In this document: positions 8,163 through 17,785 of the stretch, one piece after another
Layout: each line of letters starts with the position of its first letter
Numbering within the stretch: position 1 is the stretch's first letter
From: Patescibacteria group bacterium
GTDB lineage: Bacteria > Patescibacteriota > Patescibacteriia > Buchananbacterales > UBA6539
DNA: 64,000 nucleotides
Direction: 5' to 3'
NCBI GenBank assembly: GCA_028688055.1
Contig: JAQTYZ010000001.1
Location: 178,910-242,909 of the forward strand
Position numbers and translations under genes: made by a program
The notes under the pieces: generated by a model
What the model was told of the DNA's origin: nothing
The model's input: the letters and a program-made list of their open reading frames with translations, nothing else
Database searches by the model: none

Positions 8163-9201
8163 TTTTTTGGCTCGTCATCGAAGCAAACGAAAGTCATTAA
8201 AATTTTTATTTTTGGTTTTACTGCTAATTATCATGCTTGGTTTTGTTTATTATAGCTATGCTTTAACATGGCATTCGTCAAACAGTGATGAGTCGGAAGC
8301 GTTTATTGTCGAACCGGGCTGGGGGAGTACTCGGATCAGCTTTGAACTGAAAAATAGGGATTTTATTTTAGATCCGTACGCTTTTCAGCTGTATACTTGG
8401 ATTAACGGCATTAGTAGTCGTTTGCAGGACGGCGAATACCAGCTAGCAAAAAAATTAACTTTACCTGAAATATCAAAAATTTTAAATAAAGGAACCGGAA
8501 CTTCTAAGGAAATAAAACTCACTTTTATCGAAGGTTGGAGTAATAAAGATTATGCCAATTACCTTGTTCAAAAAGGTGTAATTGCTAGTACCGCCGAATT
8601 TTTTGCCGCGGTCCAAAAGAAAGCCGCTTGGTGGGATGATTATGCGATTTTATCGTCACGACCAAAGACTTTAGATCTTGAAGGCTATTTATTTCCGGAC
8701 ACTTATCGCATTTTCAACGACTCAACGGTTATCGATGTCGTAAAAAAAATGCTGGCTAATTTGCAGAATAAAATCACCCCGGACTTAATGGTTGAAATTG
8801 CCCGCCAGCATCAAGACTTGCATGAAATTTTGACCGTCGCGTCAATTTTGGAAAAAGAAGTGTCCACTGATCAAGACCGAAAATTAGTGGCGGATATTAT
8901 CTATAAGCGTCTTGACGCCGGGATGCCGCTCCAGGTTGACTCGACGGTAAATTATGTGACCGGACAGAGTAAGTCTCGTTCGTCAGCAATTGATTTGAAG
9001 TTTGACAGTCCTTATAACACCTACCTGTATAAAGGTTTGCCTCCAGGACCAATTGATAATCCTGGACTTTCGTCAATAACCGCGGCCATTTATCCGCAAA
9101 GCAATCCCTATTATTTTTTCTTAACTACCCCTGACGGCGAGGTGATTTATAGTAAAACTCACGATGAACATGTCGCTGCCAAAGCTAAATATTACAAATA
9201 A
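8155..9201 (+). CDS. mltG: Endolytic transglycosylase MltG
   Basis: N-terminal TM; LEGYLFPDTY, ASILEKE, SPYNTY...GLPPGPI. Confidence 0.95.
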   Translation: MINFLARHRSKRKSLKFLFLVLLLIIMLGFVYYSYALTWHSSNSDESEAFIVEPGWGSTRISFELKNRDFILDPYAFQLYTWINGISSRLQDGEYQLAKKLTLPEISKILNKGTGTSKEIKLTFIEGWSNKDYANYLVQKGVIASTAEFFAAVQKKAAWWDDYAILSSRPKTLDLEGYLFPDTYRIFNDSTVIDVVKKMLANLQNKITPDLMVEIARQHQDLHEILTVASILEKEVSTDQDRKLVADIIYKRLDAGMPLQVDSTVNYVTGQSKSRSSAIDLKFDSPYNTYLYKGLPPGPIDNPGLSSITAAIYPQSNPYYFFLTTPDGEVIYSKTHDEHVAAKAKYYK

Positions 9202-9206
9202 AATTT

Positions 9207-9890
9207 ATGGCCAAAACTTTAGTAATGTCATTGGGCGGTTCGCTCATTGCGCCGGACGGACTTGATATCGATTTTCTAAAGAAATTTAGAACGGTCATTA
9301 TTAATTTTGTAAAAAAAGGTAATCGCGTCGTCTTAATCACTGGCGGTGGTAATACCTCGAGAACTTATCAAAAAGCGGCCAAAAAAATTAACCCCAAAAT
9401 TTCATCAACCGACTTGGACTGGATTGGTATTGGCGCCACCAGAATAAACGGTGAATTAGTTAGCGGTATTTTTGGCGATTTAGCCTATGAAAGCATTTTG
9501 TTTGATCCAAGAAAAAAGATTAAAACTAGCCGACCAATAATCGTGGGTGCCGGTTACAAGCCAGGTTCGTCATCCGATAAAGACGCCGTGCTTTCCGCTA
9601 AAGCCTTTGGTGCTAAAACAGTCATTAATCTATCCAATATTACCTACGTCTATGACAAAGACCCGTCGAAATTTAAAGATGCCAAACCGCAGGAGAAAAT
9701 GACCTGGCACGAGTTCAAAAAGCTTGTGGGCAGCAAATGGGTCCCCGGGGCTCATGTACCGTTTGATCCGATTGCCACTCGCTTAGCGGAGAGGTGGGGG
9801 ATGAATCTCGTTGTGATGAAAGGTAGTGATCTGGATAACCTTAAAAAGTATCTTGCCGGACAGGATTTTAAAGGGACAGTTATTCTATAA
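9207..9890 (+). CDS. pyrH: UMP kinase (archaeal-type)
   Basis: SLGGSLI, GGGNTSRTYQ, DWIGIGATRING, VYDKDP. Confidence 0.88.
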   Translation: MAKTLVMSLGGSLIAPDGLDIDFLKKFRTVIINFVKKGNRVVLITGGGNTSRTYQKAAKKINPKISSTDLDWIGIGATRINGELVSGIFGDLAYESILFDPRKKIKTSRPIIVGAGYKPGSSSDKDAVLSAKAFGAKTVINLSNITYVYDKDPSKFKDAKPQEKMTWHEFKKLVGSKWVPGAHVPFDPIATRLAERWGMNLVVMKGSDLDNLKKYLAGQDFKGTVIL

Positions 9891-9949
9891 TATTTTATCT
9901 TGTAGCGGCCGATTATTTGAAGAAACAATTTTGACCGTTCAATTATTTA

Positions 9950-9977
9950 TTGACAAATCTGCCAAGTTTGTTATGAT
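9950..9977 (+). promoter_or_regulatory. Sigma70-type promoter of rplJL
   Basis: TTGACA 9950-9955, 16 bp, TGn-TATGAT 9972-9977. Confidence 0.65.
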
Positions 9978-9984
9978 TAAGTCA

Positions 9985-10105
9985 AATACAAGCTTTAGCC
10001 AAAGACCGTAGGGGTAAATTTACTTAAATAAGCCAAAAGCTGCCCTGCGTAGGTATCATCCTCGCCCTTTTGGGTCTGTCTGCGGTTACTGCCGCAGTAT
10101 TTTTT
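9985..10105 (+). ncRNA. Ribosomal protein L10 leader
   Basis: AGACCGTAGG...TTAAA...CCTGCGTAGGT upstream of rplJ, plus a CTGCGG/CCGCAG hairpin with T tract. Confidence 0.8.
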
Positions 10106-10122
10106 ATCATTAAGTAATAATT

Positions 10123-10650
10123 ATGGCTAAAACCAGAAAAGAGAAAGAAGCCGCCTTACAGGATTTGGTCGATCGCGTTGCTCGCGCCAAGTCACTGGTA
10201 TTTGTCAATTTTGACAAACTTAAGGTGAAGGAAATCGAGGAGTTGCGAAAAAAATGCCGTGAGGAGGGCGTCGACTACCTGGTTGCCAAAAAAACGCTGA
10301 TGAATCTGGCCTTTAAAGAACAAGGCATTATCGGCGTTGATTCGAAGGCAATTGATAAGGGCGTCGCTACGGTTTTCGGCTACGACGATGAAGTGGCTCC
10401 GGCCAGAATCATCCAGTCATATGCCAAAGACCATGAAGCCTTGGTGGCCGTTGGCGGAGTTTTAGAAAATAACTTTGTTGACAGCGCTAAGATCGTTGAA
10501 TTATCTAAGTTGCCGTCACGTGATCAATTAATTGCGAAAGTGGTTGGTTCAATTAAAGCTCCAGTGTCAGGATTCGTCAACGTTTTGTCAGGCAACTTAC
10601 GAGGCTTGGTCTATATTCTTAATTCAATCAAGGACGCCAAGATCAATTAA
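10123..10650 (+). CDS. rplJ: 50S ribosomal protein L10
   Basis: VAKKTLM and [16 protein letters not shown]; upstream of rplL. Confidence 0.96.
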   Translation: MAKTRKEKEAALQDLVDRVARAKSLVFVNFDKLKVKEIEELRKKCREEGVDYLVAKKTLMNLAFKEQGIIGVDSKAIDKGVATVFGYDDEVAPARIIQSYAKDHEALVAVGGVLENNFVDSAKIVELSKLPSRDQLIAKVVGSIKAPVSGFVNVLSGNLRGLVYILNSIKDAKIN

Positions 10651-10679
10651 TTAATTTAAGAATTATTAACTATAAAATT

Positions 10680-11084
10680 ATGTCAGAAGAAAAAACACAA
10701 GTTGAAGTCCCTGCTAAGTTCAAATCATTAGTAGAGGAAATCGAAAAAATGTCAGTTCTAGATTTAGCCGAATTGGTAAAAATTCTAGAAGAAAAGTTTG
10801 GTGTTTCAGCCGCTGCTCCGATGATGGCTATGGCCGCTCCGGCCGGTGGTGACGCAGGTGCTGCCGAAGAGAAGACTGAATTCACCGTTGAGTTGACTGC
10901 CGCTGGCGATAATAAAATTGGCGTCATTAAAGCTGTTAGAGCTTTAACGGAGCTGGGTTTGAAAGAAGCCAAGGATTTAGTTGATGGCGCGCCTAAGGTC
11001 ATTAAGGAAGGTGTTAAAAAAGAAGACGCTGAAAATATGAAGAAAGTTATTGAAGAAGCTGGTGGTAAAGCTACTTTGAAATAA
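10680..11084 (+). CDS. rplL: 50S ribosomal protein L7/L12
   Basis: [30 protein letters not shown]. Confidence 0.98.
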   Translation: MSEEKTQVEVPAKFKSLVEEIEKMSVLDLAELVKILEEKFGVSAAAPMMAMAAPAGGDAGAAEEKTEFTVELTAAGDNKIGVIKAVRALTELGLKEAKDLVDGAPKVIKEGVKKEDAENMKKVIEEAGGKATLK

Positions 11085-11094
11085 TTATCCTCTG

Positions 11095-11126
11095 AAAAAT
11101 GCCCCGCACTTGCGGGGCATTTTTTT
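11095..11126. terminator. Bidirectional intrinsic terminator
   Basis: AAAAATGCCCCGCA-CT-TGCGGGGCATTTTTTT between convergent genes. Confidence 0.85.
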
Positions 11127-11142
11127 GTTGAATAAAATTAGT

Positions 11143-13437
11143 CTATAAATGTTCAAGCGGCACGCCATAGACCGTCGAACCGCTGATGGCATAGGCTTTT
11201 TTATTCTTTTCATCAACTGAAAAATCTTTAAGGTTAGTGAAGGATTCAGAGCGATATTGATTTATTAGTTTACCTTGTTTGTCAAAAATCACCAGTCTGT
11301 TGTTGGTTGGGTCAAGGACATAAATAAATTTAGAGCCGTCAGGTATTTTAATTTTGGTTGGGTTAGACATCGGTGGATCAATCGCCCCGACTTTAAATCC
11401 TTGAACAACGCCATTTTCCAGTTTTAAAACTTGCCCGTCATTTTTTAGAATATAAACAGCGCCGTCAACGGTTAGCGCAGTCGCGCCAGCAATTTTAGTG
11501 CTGTCATCCTTATACCATTCTGAGTCGGCCACAAAGCCGCTGCCCGATGGCCGAAAACGATAAATTTGTCGCTTATTTTCCGATAGTATATATAAACGGC
11601 CATTGAAGTAACCCAAGTCATTAATATTTATGTCGGGGGCATAATTGATATCAGTTGCCGTCAGTTTTCCATCTTTGGCTGAAAATTTAAAAAACTTTTT
11701 GTGATCATCAACAAATATTATCTCATTGTTTTGACCCACAACCGCTGCGGTAAAGGTACCCTGACCTTGATTGCCGGAACTTACTTGCGAACCGATTCGT
11801 CCGTCAATACTGATTTTATATATTTGTTTATCGTTTGAGTTTTGGTCATATATTTCGCGGCCCATTTGGACAGCCGCACTACTTAAACTGCCATTAGGGT
11901 CAAGATTTTGAATATTCAATATTTGAATCGGATCGTTAATAGTGACTAGATGTTGAAGTTTTTCCAATTCGGTTTGGATTTCCGTTGCCAAATCAGCCGC
12001 TGATTTCTTTTGGGTGTCGGTAATGGCTTGATTCGCCGCCAGCAAGTTTTTCGCATCAATCAATAATTGACGCGCTTGATTTTCGTCGCGATAGATTAAG
12101 CTTGATTCGGCGTCATTTTTTTTGTTGCTAACGTCGTCAATAATTTTGTCAAAACTCATTACTTTTTTATCATAATTATTTTTAACACCAATCCAGATAA
12201 TGCTTTGGCTGAAAACGATAACCAATATAATGATTGATACCAATAAATATTGGCTTGATTTTGGAAGATGTTTAAATCGAAAATATAAACCGCTAAACAT
12301 TTTAGTTAAGATCCGGCTACTCAACGTGTAAAACGGAATTTTGGCAAGGCCGGATGATAGCTTGCTAAAATTTGTTTTAGCAGGGCTAGTCAGTGATCTA
12401 AGGCGATGTTGCATATCTGCGAAAACCCCAGGTTTTATTTTGGGCAGTGGCAAGCTGATATTTGGTAGCTTTATTTTTGGTTTAAATGATTTGTTCCGAA
12501 GGCTATTAATAGGGTTAGTATTACCCCTGACTCGGCTTAAATAATTTTGGGTTGCTTTTTTGAAAGAAGCTAGATATTTTTTTACTTCCGGTAGCAGCGA
12601 AGGAGTAAGAAGTTTTTCAGTTTCTCTTTCGGTATTCATTAGTTCCTTGATTGAATCCTTTGAGGCTGCTTCTTGATAATTAATTCGGTCAATTGAGACG
12701 GTTGGCTCTTTGGGAACAATGACGCGTTTTTCTAGCTCTACTGCCATCACGGCGAAATTTTCCTGATTGTTAATTTGCTCTAGTAACTGCTTTAATTGCA
12801 TAACTCCTTCGGTCGGATTGCTAGCAGTGATAATATTTTTTAACCTTTCAAACGAAAAATAGTCAAAAGTATTTGTCGTTGACACTAACAGGACATCACG
12901 CGGCCGAACACGGCCGCTGATTACTTGGGCAAACATTTTTAGCGGATCGGGTGTTTCTAGTCCAATTTGGCTGTCTTCGCCGACATTAATAATCCGAAAA
13001 GTATTTTTTGCCGACGAATAAAATAAAATGACCCCCATTTTGCCGACGGTCGTAAAATGAATATCTTGGTTTCTGACTACCGCAATAATAATATTAATTT
13101 TATCTAAGTCTAGCGTAATTTGTTCACTTTCGATAAAAGACGCAATCGCCAGGTTGGTTTTTTTTAAAACCAACTCAAATAATTCGCTTAATGACAATGG
13201 TTCGACTTCAGCCGCACTTTTGTTGTCGTAAAAGTTATTTTTAATTTCATCAATTATAAAATCAATCAAATCAGGAATTTTTTCGTGCGTTGATTGAATT
13301 TCGATTAGCCCAAATATTTTACCTCGACTGTTCAGTAAATCGCGATTCGGCTTCGTGGTAAATGTTCGGACAAAATTTTTGGAATTGCCAGCGGTTTCGA
13401 CAACCAGCTGGTTTATTTTTGCTTCTAGATATTCCAT
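11143..13437 (-). CDS. Large membrane-anchored protein (PP2C-like N-terminus, TM, beta-propeller C-terminus)
   Basis: 764-aa ORF; single TM near residue 400; NHL-like repeats (IYVLDPTNNRLVIFDKQG). Confidence 0.65.
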   Translation of the reverse strand: MEYLEAKINQLVVETAGNSKNFVRTFTTKPNRDLLNSRGKIFGLIEIQSTHEKIPDLIDFIIDEIKNNFYDNKSAAEVEPLSLSELFELVLKKTNLAIASFIESEQITLDLDKINIIIAVVRNQDIHFTTVGKMGVILFYSSAKNTFRIINVGEDSQIGLETPDPLKMFAQVISGRVRPRDVLLVSTTNTFDYFSFERLKNIITASNPTEGVMQLKQLLEQINNQENFAVMAVELEKRVIVPKEPTVSIDRINYQEAASKDSIKELMNTERETEKLLTPSLLPEVKKYLASFKKATQNYLSRVRGNTNPINSLRNKSFKPKIKLPNISLPLPKIKPGVFADMQHRLRSLTSPAKTNFSKLSSGLAKIPFYTLSSRILTKMFSGLYFRFKHLPKSSQYLLVSIIILVIVFSQSIIWIGVKNNYDKKVMSFDKIIDDVSNKKNDAESSLIYRDENQARQLLIDAKNLLAANQAITDTQKKSAADLATEIQTELEKLQHLVTINDPIQILNIQNLDPNGSLSSAAVQMGREIYDQNSNDKQIYKISIDGRIGSQVSSGNQGQGTFTAAVVGQNNEIIFVDDHKKFFKFSAKDGKLTATDINYAPDININDLGYFNGRLYILSENKRQIYRFRPSGSGFVADSEWYKDDSTKIAGATALTVDGAVYILKNDGQVLKLENGVVQGFKVGAIDPPMSNPTKIKIPDGSKFIYVLDPTNNRLVIFDKQGKLINQYRSESFTNLKDFSVDEKNKKAYAISGSTVYGVPLEHL

Positions 13438-13536
13438 TTATTCTAGTTTTATCGCTCTTGGTTTGTCACAACTGAGTGTTTATATTATACTATAAAAGGC
13501 GAGCATCGTAAATCTCGCTCCAACTTGACTATTTTT

Positions 13537-14154
13537 ATGCTTGAACAACTATTTGGTTCAAAGACTAGATTAAAATTGCTGCGCCTTTTTTTGAATAATC
13601 CGACGCAGCCCTATTATTTGCGTGAATTGGCGAGAACCTTAAAGACCCAGTTAAATTCGGTGAGGCGAGAAGTGGTCAATTTGGAAAAAATTGGTATCGT
13701 TAAGTCGGTGGCCATGACTGAAGAGTTAGTAAAGACAGCCAAGGGTAAGAAAAAAAAGGAACAGGGCGGTGCGAAGAAGTATTTTTTGGCCGATACGGAG
13801 TTTATTCTGTACCCGGAGTTAAAGGGGTTGATTTTGAAAGCGCAGTTACTTTTGGAGCGGACGTTCGTTAGCCGCATTGAAAAAATTTCTTCAATTAAGC
13901 TTTTTATTCTAAGCGGCATCTTTGTGGGGATTGAAGAACGTTCAACTGACTTACTAATTGTCGGAAAAGTAAATAAAAATCAGCTAGCTCGGATTATCAA
14001 AGATTTTGAACGTGAATTGAATCGCGATATCAATTATACGGTGATGACTTATCCCGAGTTTAAATACCGCCAGGATATCACCGATAAGTTTTTGTATGAT
14101 ATTTTGGAAAATCGAAAAATTGTCATCGTCGACAAGCTAAATGTCGTCATATGA
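13537..14154 (+). CDS. Winged-HTH plus nucleotidyltransferase-like protein
   Basis: LFGSKTRLKLL...YLRELAR...VRREVVNLE; C-terminal DLLIVG. Confidence 0.75.
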   Translation: MLEQLFGSKTRLKLLRLFLNNPTQPYYLRELARTLKTQLNSVRREVVNLEKIGIVKSVAMTEELVKTAKGKKKKEQGGAKKYFLADTEFILYPELKGLILKAQLLLERTFVSRIEKISSIKLFILSGIFVGIEERSTDLLIVGKVNKNQLARIIKDFERELNRDINYTVMTYPEFKYRQDITDKFLYDILENRKIVIVDKLNVVI

Positions 14155-14939
14155 TCAAGAAAGTTTGGTTAAAAAACAACCGTGGCCTTAAAATTGCCGC
14201 TTTAATTGGCTCAGCTAAAAAAGGTCAAGCACCGTTTCCAGTGGTTATCATTTGCCATGGCCTTAAAGGCTGCAAGGAGCAGCAGCATTTGAAGAGTTTA
14301 GCCCAGGTTTTAGAAAAAAACGGCATTATGACCGTGAGATTTGATTTTACCAATGAAGTCGGTCAAAGCGACGGTAGGATTGAAAATGTCAGTTTTACTA
14401 ATGAGCTTGCAGATCTTAAGGCCGTTATTGACTATAGCTGCCATCAAAAAAATATCGATGTCAATCGCATTGGCATTAGCGGCCAGAGTTTAGGTGGCAC
14501 ACTGGTTTTAAACTATGCCCCGCAAGACCGTCGAGTTAAAGTTGTGGTTGATATGGCCGGCCCCGTTTTATTCGGCGGCGGCGGGACCAAATTGGAGAAA
14601 AATATTAAAGCCCAAAATCCCAACGGCTTAAAAAATGGTTATTTCATGGTAACGAGCAAAAGCAAGCACAAAACCTACAAAATCAAAATCGGGTTTTATC
14701 TTGATTTGCTAAAACGTAATACTCTTAGCCAAGTTGCTAAAATAAAAGTGCCCACCTTAGTAGTCCATGGGTCTGATGATATCAGTGTGCCGGTCAAACA
14801 TTCAAAGATGGTGTTCAAGGAGTTAAAATCGGCCAAGAAATTAGCCATTATTAAAGGAGCGCCTCACACTTGGAAAAAACCTGTCGACTATCAGCGGGTC
14901 AACCCGATCGTTTTAGATTGGTTTAAAAAATATTTATGA
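14151..14939 (+). CDS. Alpha/beta hydrolase
   Basis: GQSLGG nucleophile elbow, HGSDD, GAPH. Confidence 0.9.
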   Translation: MIKKVWLKNNRGLKIAALIGSAKKGQAPFPVVIICHGLKGCKEQQHLKSLAQVLEKNGIMTVRFDFTNEVGQSDGRIENVSFTNELADLKAVIDYSCHQKNIDVNRIGISGQSLGGTLVLNYAPQDRRVKVVVDMAGPVLFGGGGTKLEKNIKAQNPNGLKNGYFMVTSKSKHKTYKIKIGFYLDLLKRNTLSQVAKIKVPTLVVHGSDDISVPVKHSKMVFKELKSAKKLAIIKGAPHTWKKPVDYQRVNPIVLDWFKKYL

Positions 14940-15346
14940 TTTTATTAATAAATACCGCTGAATCGGCCGTGGTTTTCGTTGGCCTATTAAATAATGGTAT
15001 TTTAATTGATTCGTTGATCCTTTCCGGTCACCAACGACAATCAGACAAATTGTTAGCTCTAATCGATAAAATTTTGCGAAACAATAAGGTTAAACTTGCA
15101 ACCATCAAGGGGATTGCCGTTGTCAAAGGTCCTGGATCATTTACTTCGTTAAGGATCGGGGTGGTCGTGGCCAACACTTTGGCTTGGAGTCTCAAGTTGC
15201 CGATTTTGGGAGTTTTGGTCTCAGACTTTGAATCAAAATCAAAAATTGTTAAATTGGAGAATAAGATTAAGGCGGCACAAGGGAAGGCGCCAAAGATTAT
15301 CGAACCGGTTTATGGCGCCGAACCAAATATTACTTTAAAGAAATAA
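14936..15346 (+). CDS. tsaB: tRNA t6A biosynthesis protein TsaB (short)
   Basis: GPGSFTSLRIG motif. Confidence 0.9.
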   Translation: MILLINTAESAVVFVGLLNNGILIDSLILSGHQRQSDKLLALIDKILRNNKVKLATIKGIAVVKGPGSFTSLRIGVVVANTLAWSLKLPILGVLVSDFESKSKIVKLENKIKAAQGKAPKIIEPVYGAEPNITLKK

Positions 15347-15347
15347 T

Positions 15348-15725
15348 ATGGAAGCCAAGACAATCTTGTTAGTTGAGGATGACAATGACTTGCTTTTTTT
15401 AATGAATAAAAAGTTGACTGATGAAGGCTTTAAGGTAGCGGCTTTTGAAACCGGTGGCGGGGCGCTTGATTATTTAAAAACTAATAAGCCTGATTTTGCT
15501 ATTTTAGATATCATGTTGCCCGACATTGATGGTTTGACGATTTTAAATGAAATGGCCAAAAATCCAACGACCTGTGAGATTCCCGTAATTATTTTGAGTA
15601 ACTTAGCTGATCAGGGTTCATTTGAACAGGCTGCGGCTATCGGTGATTATGAATATTTGGTCAAGGCTCAGACTGATTTAAACGTTTTGGTAAAAAAAAT
15701 TAAAACTAAGTTGAAGTTAGGCTAG
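15348..15725 (+). CDS. Stand-alone response regulator receiver
   Basis: ILLVEDD, LDIMLPDIDG, ILSN, YLVK. Confidence 0.92.
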   Translation: MEAKTILLVEDDNDLLFLMNKKLTDEGFKVAAFETGGGALDYLKTNKPDFAILDIMLPDIDGLTILNEMAKNPTTCEIPVIILSNLADQGSFEQAAAIGDYEYLVKAQTDLNVLVKKIKTKLKLG

Positions 15726-15726
15726 C

Positions 15727-15735
15727 TTATCCACA
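15727..15735 (+). promoter_or_regulatory. DnaA box
   Basis: Perfect TTATCCACA; inverted 1-mismatch box TGTGGATAT at 15899-15907. Confidence 0.55.
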
Positions 15736-15775
15736 GTCCAAAGCAGGTAATTGACAAAAAATCTAAATTATATTG

Positions 15776-15804
15776 AAAAAATAGCCAATTTACGGCTATT
15801 TTTT
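15776..15804 (+). terminator. Probable terminator hairpin
   Basis: AAAAAATAGCC-AATTTAC-GGCTATTTTTT. Confidence 0.6.
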
Positions 15805-15815
15805 AGTGTTTCAAA

Positions 15816-15881
15816 GTGGTTGACAGTGGTGGTTTGGTGGGGTAAAATATGATTGTAGTGGTAGAAAGTGGATGAAAGTGG
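15816..15881 (+). promoter_or_regulatory. dcw promoter with MraZ-binding GTGG repeats
   Basis: TTGACA 15820-15825, 17 bp, TAAAAT 15843-15848; GTGG at 15816, 15826, 15837, 15858, 15868 and 15878 (~10-bp phase). Confidence 0.85.
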
Positions 15882-15958
15882 GGATAATGGTTTGAATCTG
15901 TGGATATCATTATAAACTAGCGAAATAATAAAAATTACAAACCAGAAATAAAAATAAA

Positions 15959-16390
15959 ATGTTTATTGGAGAATATCAGCACAATATCGACGAAAAAGGA
16001 CGCTTAGCGGTTCCCGCCAAGTTTCGTCAGAAATTAGCTAAAGGGGCAGTTGTCACCAAAGGGTTAGATGATTGTCTTTTTTTGTATACGCGTGAAGAGT
16101 GGGAGAAGTTAGCTGAAAAACTGGCCGCGTTGCCCATCTCCAAGGCTAATACTCGAGCTTTTTCTCGTTTGATGTTGGCCGGAGCGATGGATGTTGATAT
16201 CGACAAACAAGGCCGTATGCTGATTCCTGATTATCTTAGAAATTATGCGGCGATGAAAAAGAAAGTTGTTATTACAGGTTTGTATAGCCGTTTGGAAATT
16301 TGGGATGAGGACAAGTGGAATAGATACAAGAAAGGTACCGAGAAGAAGAGTGGTGATATTGCTGAAGCCTTAGGTGAAATTGGTGTTTAG
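15959..16390 (+). CDS. mraZ: Division/cell wall cluster repressor MraZ
   Basis: MFIGEY, DEKGRL, DKQGR, RLEIWD. Confidence 0.97.
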   Translation: MFIGEYQHNIDEKGRLAVPAKFRQKLAKGAVVTKGLDDCLFLYTREEWEKLAEKLAALPISKANTRAFSRLMLAGAMDVDIDKQGRMLIPDYLRNYAAMKKKVVITGLYSRLEIWDEDKWNRYKKGTEKKSGDIAEALGEIGV

Positions 16391-16402
16391 ATTCTTTAAC
16401 TT

Positions 16403-17338
16403 ATGACATATTCACACCAACCGGTGATGACCGCCGAAGTAATCCATTATTTGGGCTTGCAGTCAGGTGCGGTTGTGGTTGATGGGACACTTGGTGGTGG
16501 CGGTCATCTGTCAGAGATTTTAAGTCGAATTTTGCCAGGGGGTAAAGTTGTCGGTATTGATTTAGACTCAGCTGCCCTGAAGGCTGCCACGGAAAAAATA
16601 AAAAATAAAAAAAACGTTATCTTGGTTCAAGATAATTTCAAAAACATAAAAAAAATCGCTGATGAACACAAGTTGGATCGAATTAACGGTTTCTTACTTG
16701 ACCTTGGCCTATCCAGTGGTCAGCTTCAAGATAGCGAGCGTGGTTTCAGCTTTCTGGCCGCTGGGTCGCTAGACATGAGATTTAATGACAATAATGGTAT
16801 CACCGCCGCCGAAATTTTGAACACTTACGATCAAAAACATTTAATCAAAATTTTTTCAGAATATGGTGAAGAAAAATTAGCCGTTCCGATTGCCAAAAAA
16901 ATAGTTGACGCCAGGAAAAATAAACCTTTTAAAAATCCTCAGGATTTAGTGGAAATTATCGCTGGCGCTTATCATCGTTATTTCAGGCAGCAGTCAAAAA
17001 TGAATCCGGCCACCAAAGTTTTTCAAGCGCTACGAATTGAAGTCAACGGTGAACTGGAAAATTTAAAAACGTTTTTACCGGCGGCGGTCAAACTGTCCGT
17101 TCCAGGTGCGAGGCTAGTCATTATCAGCTACCATTCGCTGGAAGACAAGCTGGTGAAAGATTTTTTCCGAACGGAAAGCCGCGATTGCATCTGTCCGCCG
17201 TCAATGCCATTGTGTCAATGTGGGCACCATAAAACTTTAAAAATTATTACTAAAAAACCAATTGTTCCCAATGACGCTGAAGTTGCCCTAAACCCCAGGG
17301 CGCGCAGCGCTAAACTAAGGGTTGCCGAAAAAATTTAA
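16403..17338 (+). CDS. rsmH: 16S rRNA C1402 methyltransferase
   Basis: DGTLGGGGH, DLGLSS, FQALRIEVN, SYHSLED, NPRARSAKLR. Confidence 0.97.
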   Translation: MTYSHQPVMTAEVIHYLGLQSGAVVVDGTLGGGGHLSEILSRILPGGKVVGIDLDSAALKAATEKIKNKKNVILVQDNFKNIKKIADEHKLDRINGFLLDLGLSSGQLQDSERGFSFLAAGSLDMRFNDNNGITAAEILNTYDQKHLIKIFSEYGEEKLAVPIAKKIVDARKNKPFKNPQDLVEIIAGAYHRYFRQQSKMNPATKVFQALRIEVNGELENLKTFLPAAVKLSVPGARLVIISYHSLEDKLVKDFFRTESRDCICPPSMPLCQCGHHKTLKIITKKPIVPNDAEVALNPRARSAKLRVAEKI

Positions 17339-17361
17339 AATCAAAAAATAAATATAAATGT

Positions 17362-17721
17362 ATGACTAAATTTCTCTCCATCGGCCAAGCCGCCAAACAA
17401 AAAACACCGATCCGACGAAACGCTAAAATTTTAAAAACTAAATCAAAATCAAAATTTTTTAATTTTGTCATGATGACAATAATTGGTGTAATGTTTTTTG
17501 GTTATCTGGTCCAGGTTAACAGTCTGGCGACCAAAGGTTATCAAATTAAAGCGTTACAGGGTAAGGTTACCGATCTGAAGCAGCAGCAGGATGATTTGCA
17601 GCTTCAGGCTTTGAGTCTGCAGTCAATGGGCGCGGTGCAGGATAAGGTTAATAGCCTTAAAATGGTCGATGCTGGCAAGAGCGATTATTTGGTTGAAAAG
17701 CCAGTAGCGGTAGCTCGGTAG
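17362..17721 (+). CDS. FtsL-like cell division protein
   Basis: TM plus coiled coil, between rsmH and the PBP gene. Confidence 0.7.
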   Translation: MTKFLSIGQAAKQKTPIRRNAKILKTKSKSKFFNFVMMTIIGVMFFGYLVQVNSLATKGYQIKALQGKVTDLKQQQDDLQLQALSLQSMGAVQDKVNSLKMVDAGKSDYLVEKPVAVAR

Positions 17722-17785
17722 TAGTCGTTGGAATATATCTATTTGGCCCCAGCTAATGGCTATTAGCGGGGCTTAATTAAAAATA

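Noticed and set aside
10670-11002. Antisense and alternate-frame ORFs over rplL, dnaK, dnaJ, rpmE and others
   Set aside because: Shadow ORFs of conserved genes with no recognisable motifs.
15727-15958. Replication origin
   Set aside because: Only two DnaA boxes and no dnaA/dnaN nearby; the repeats are explained by the MraZ operator.
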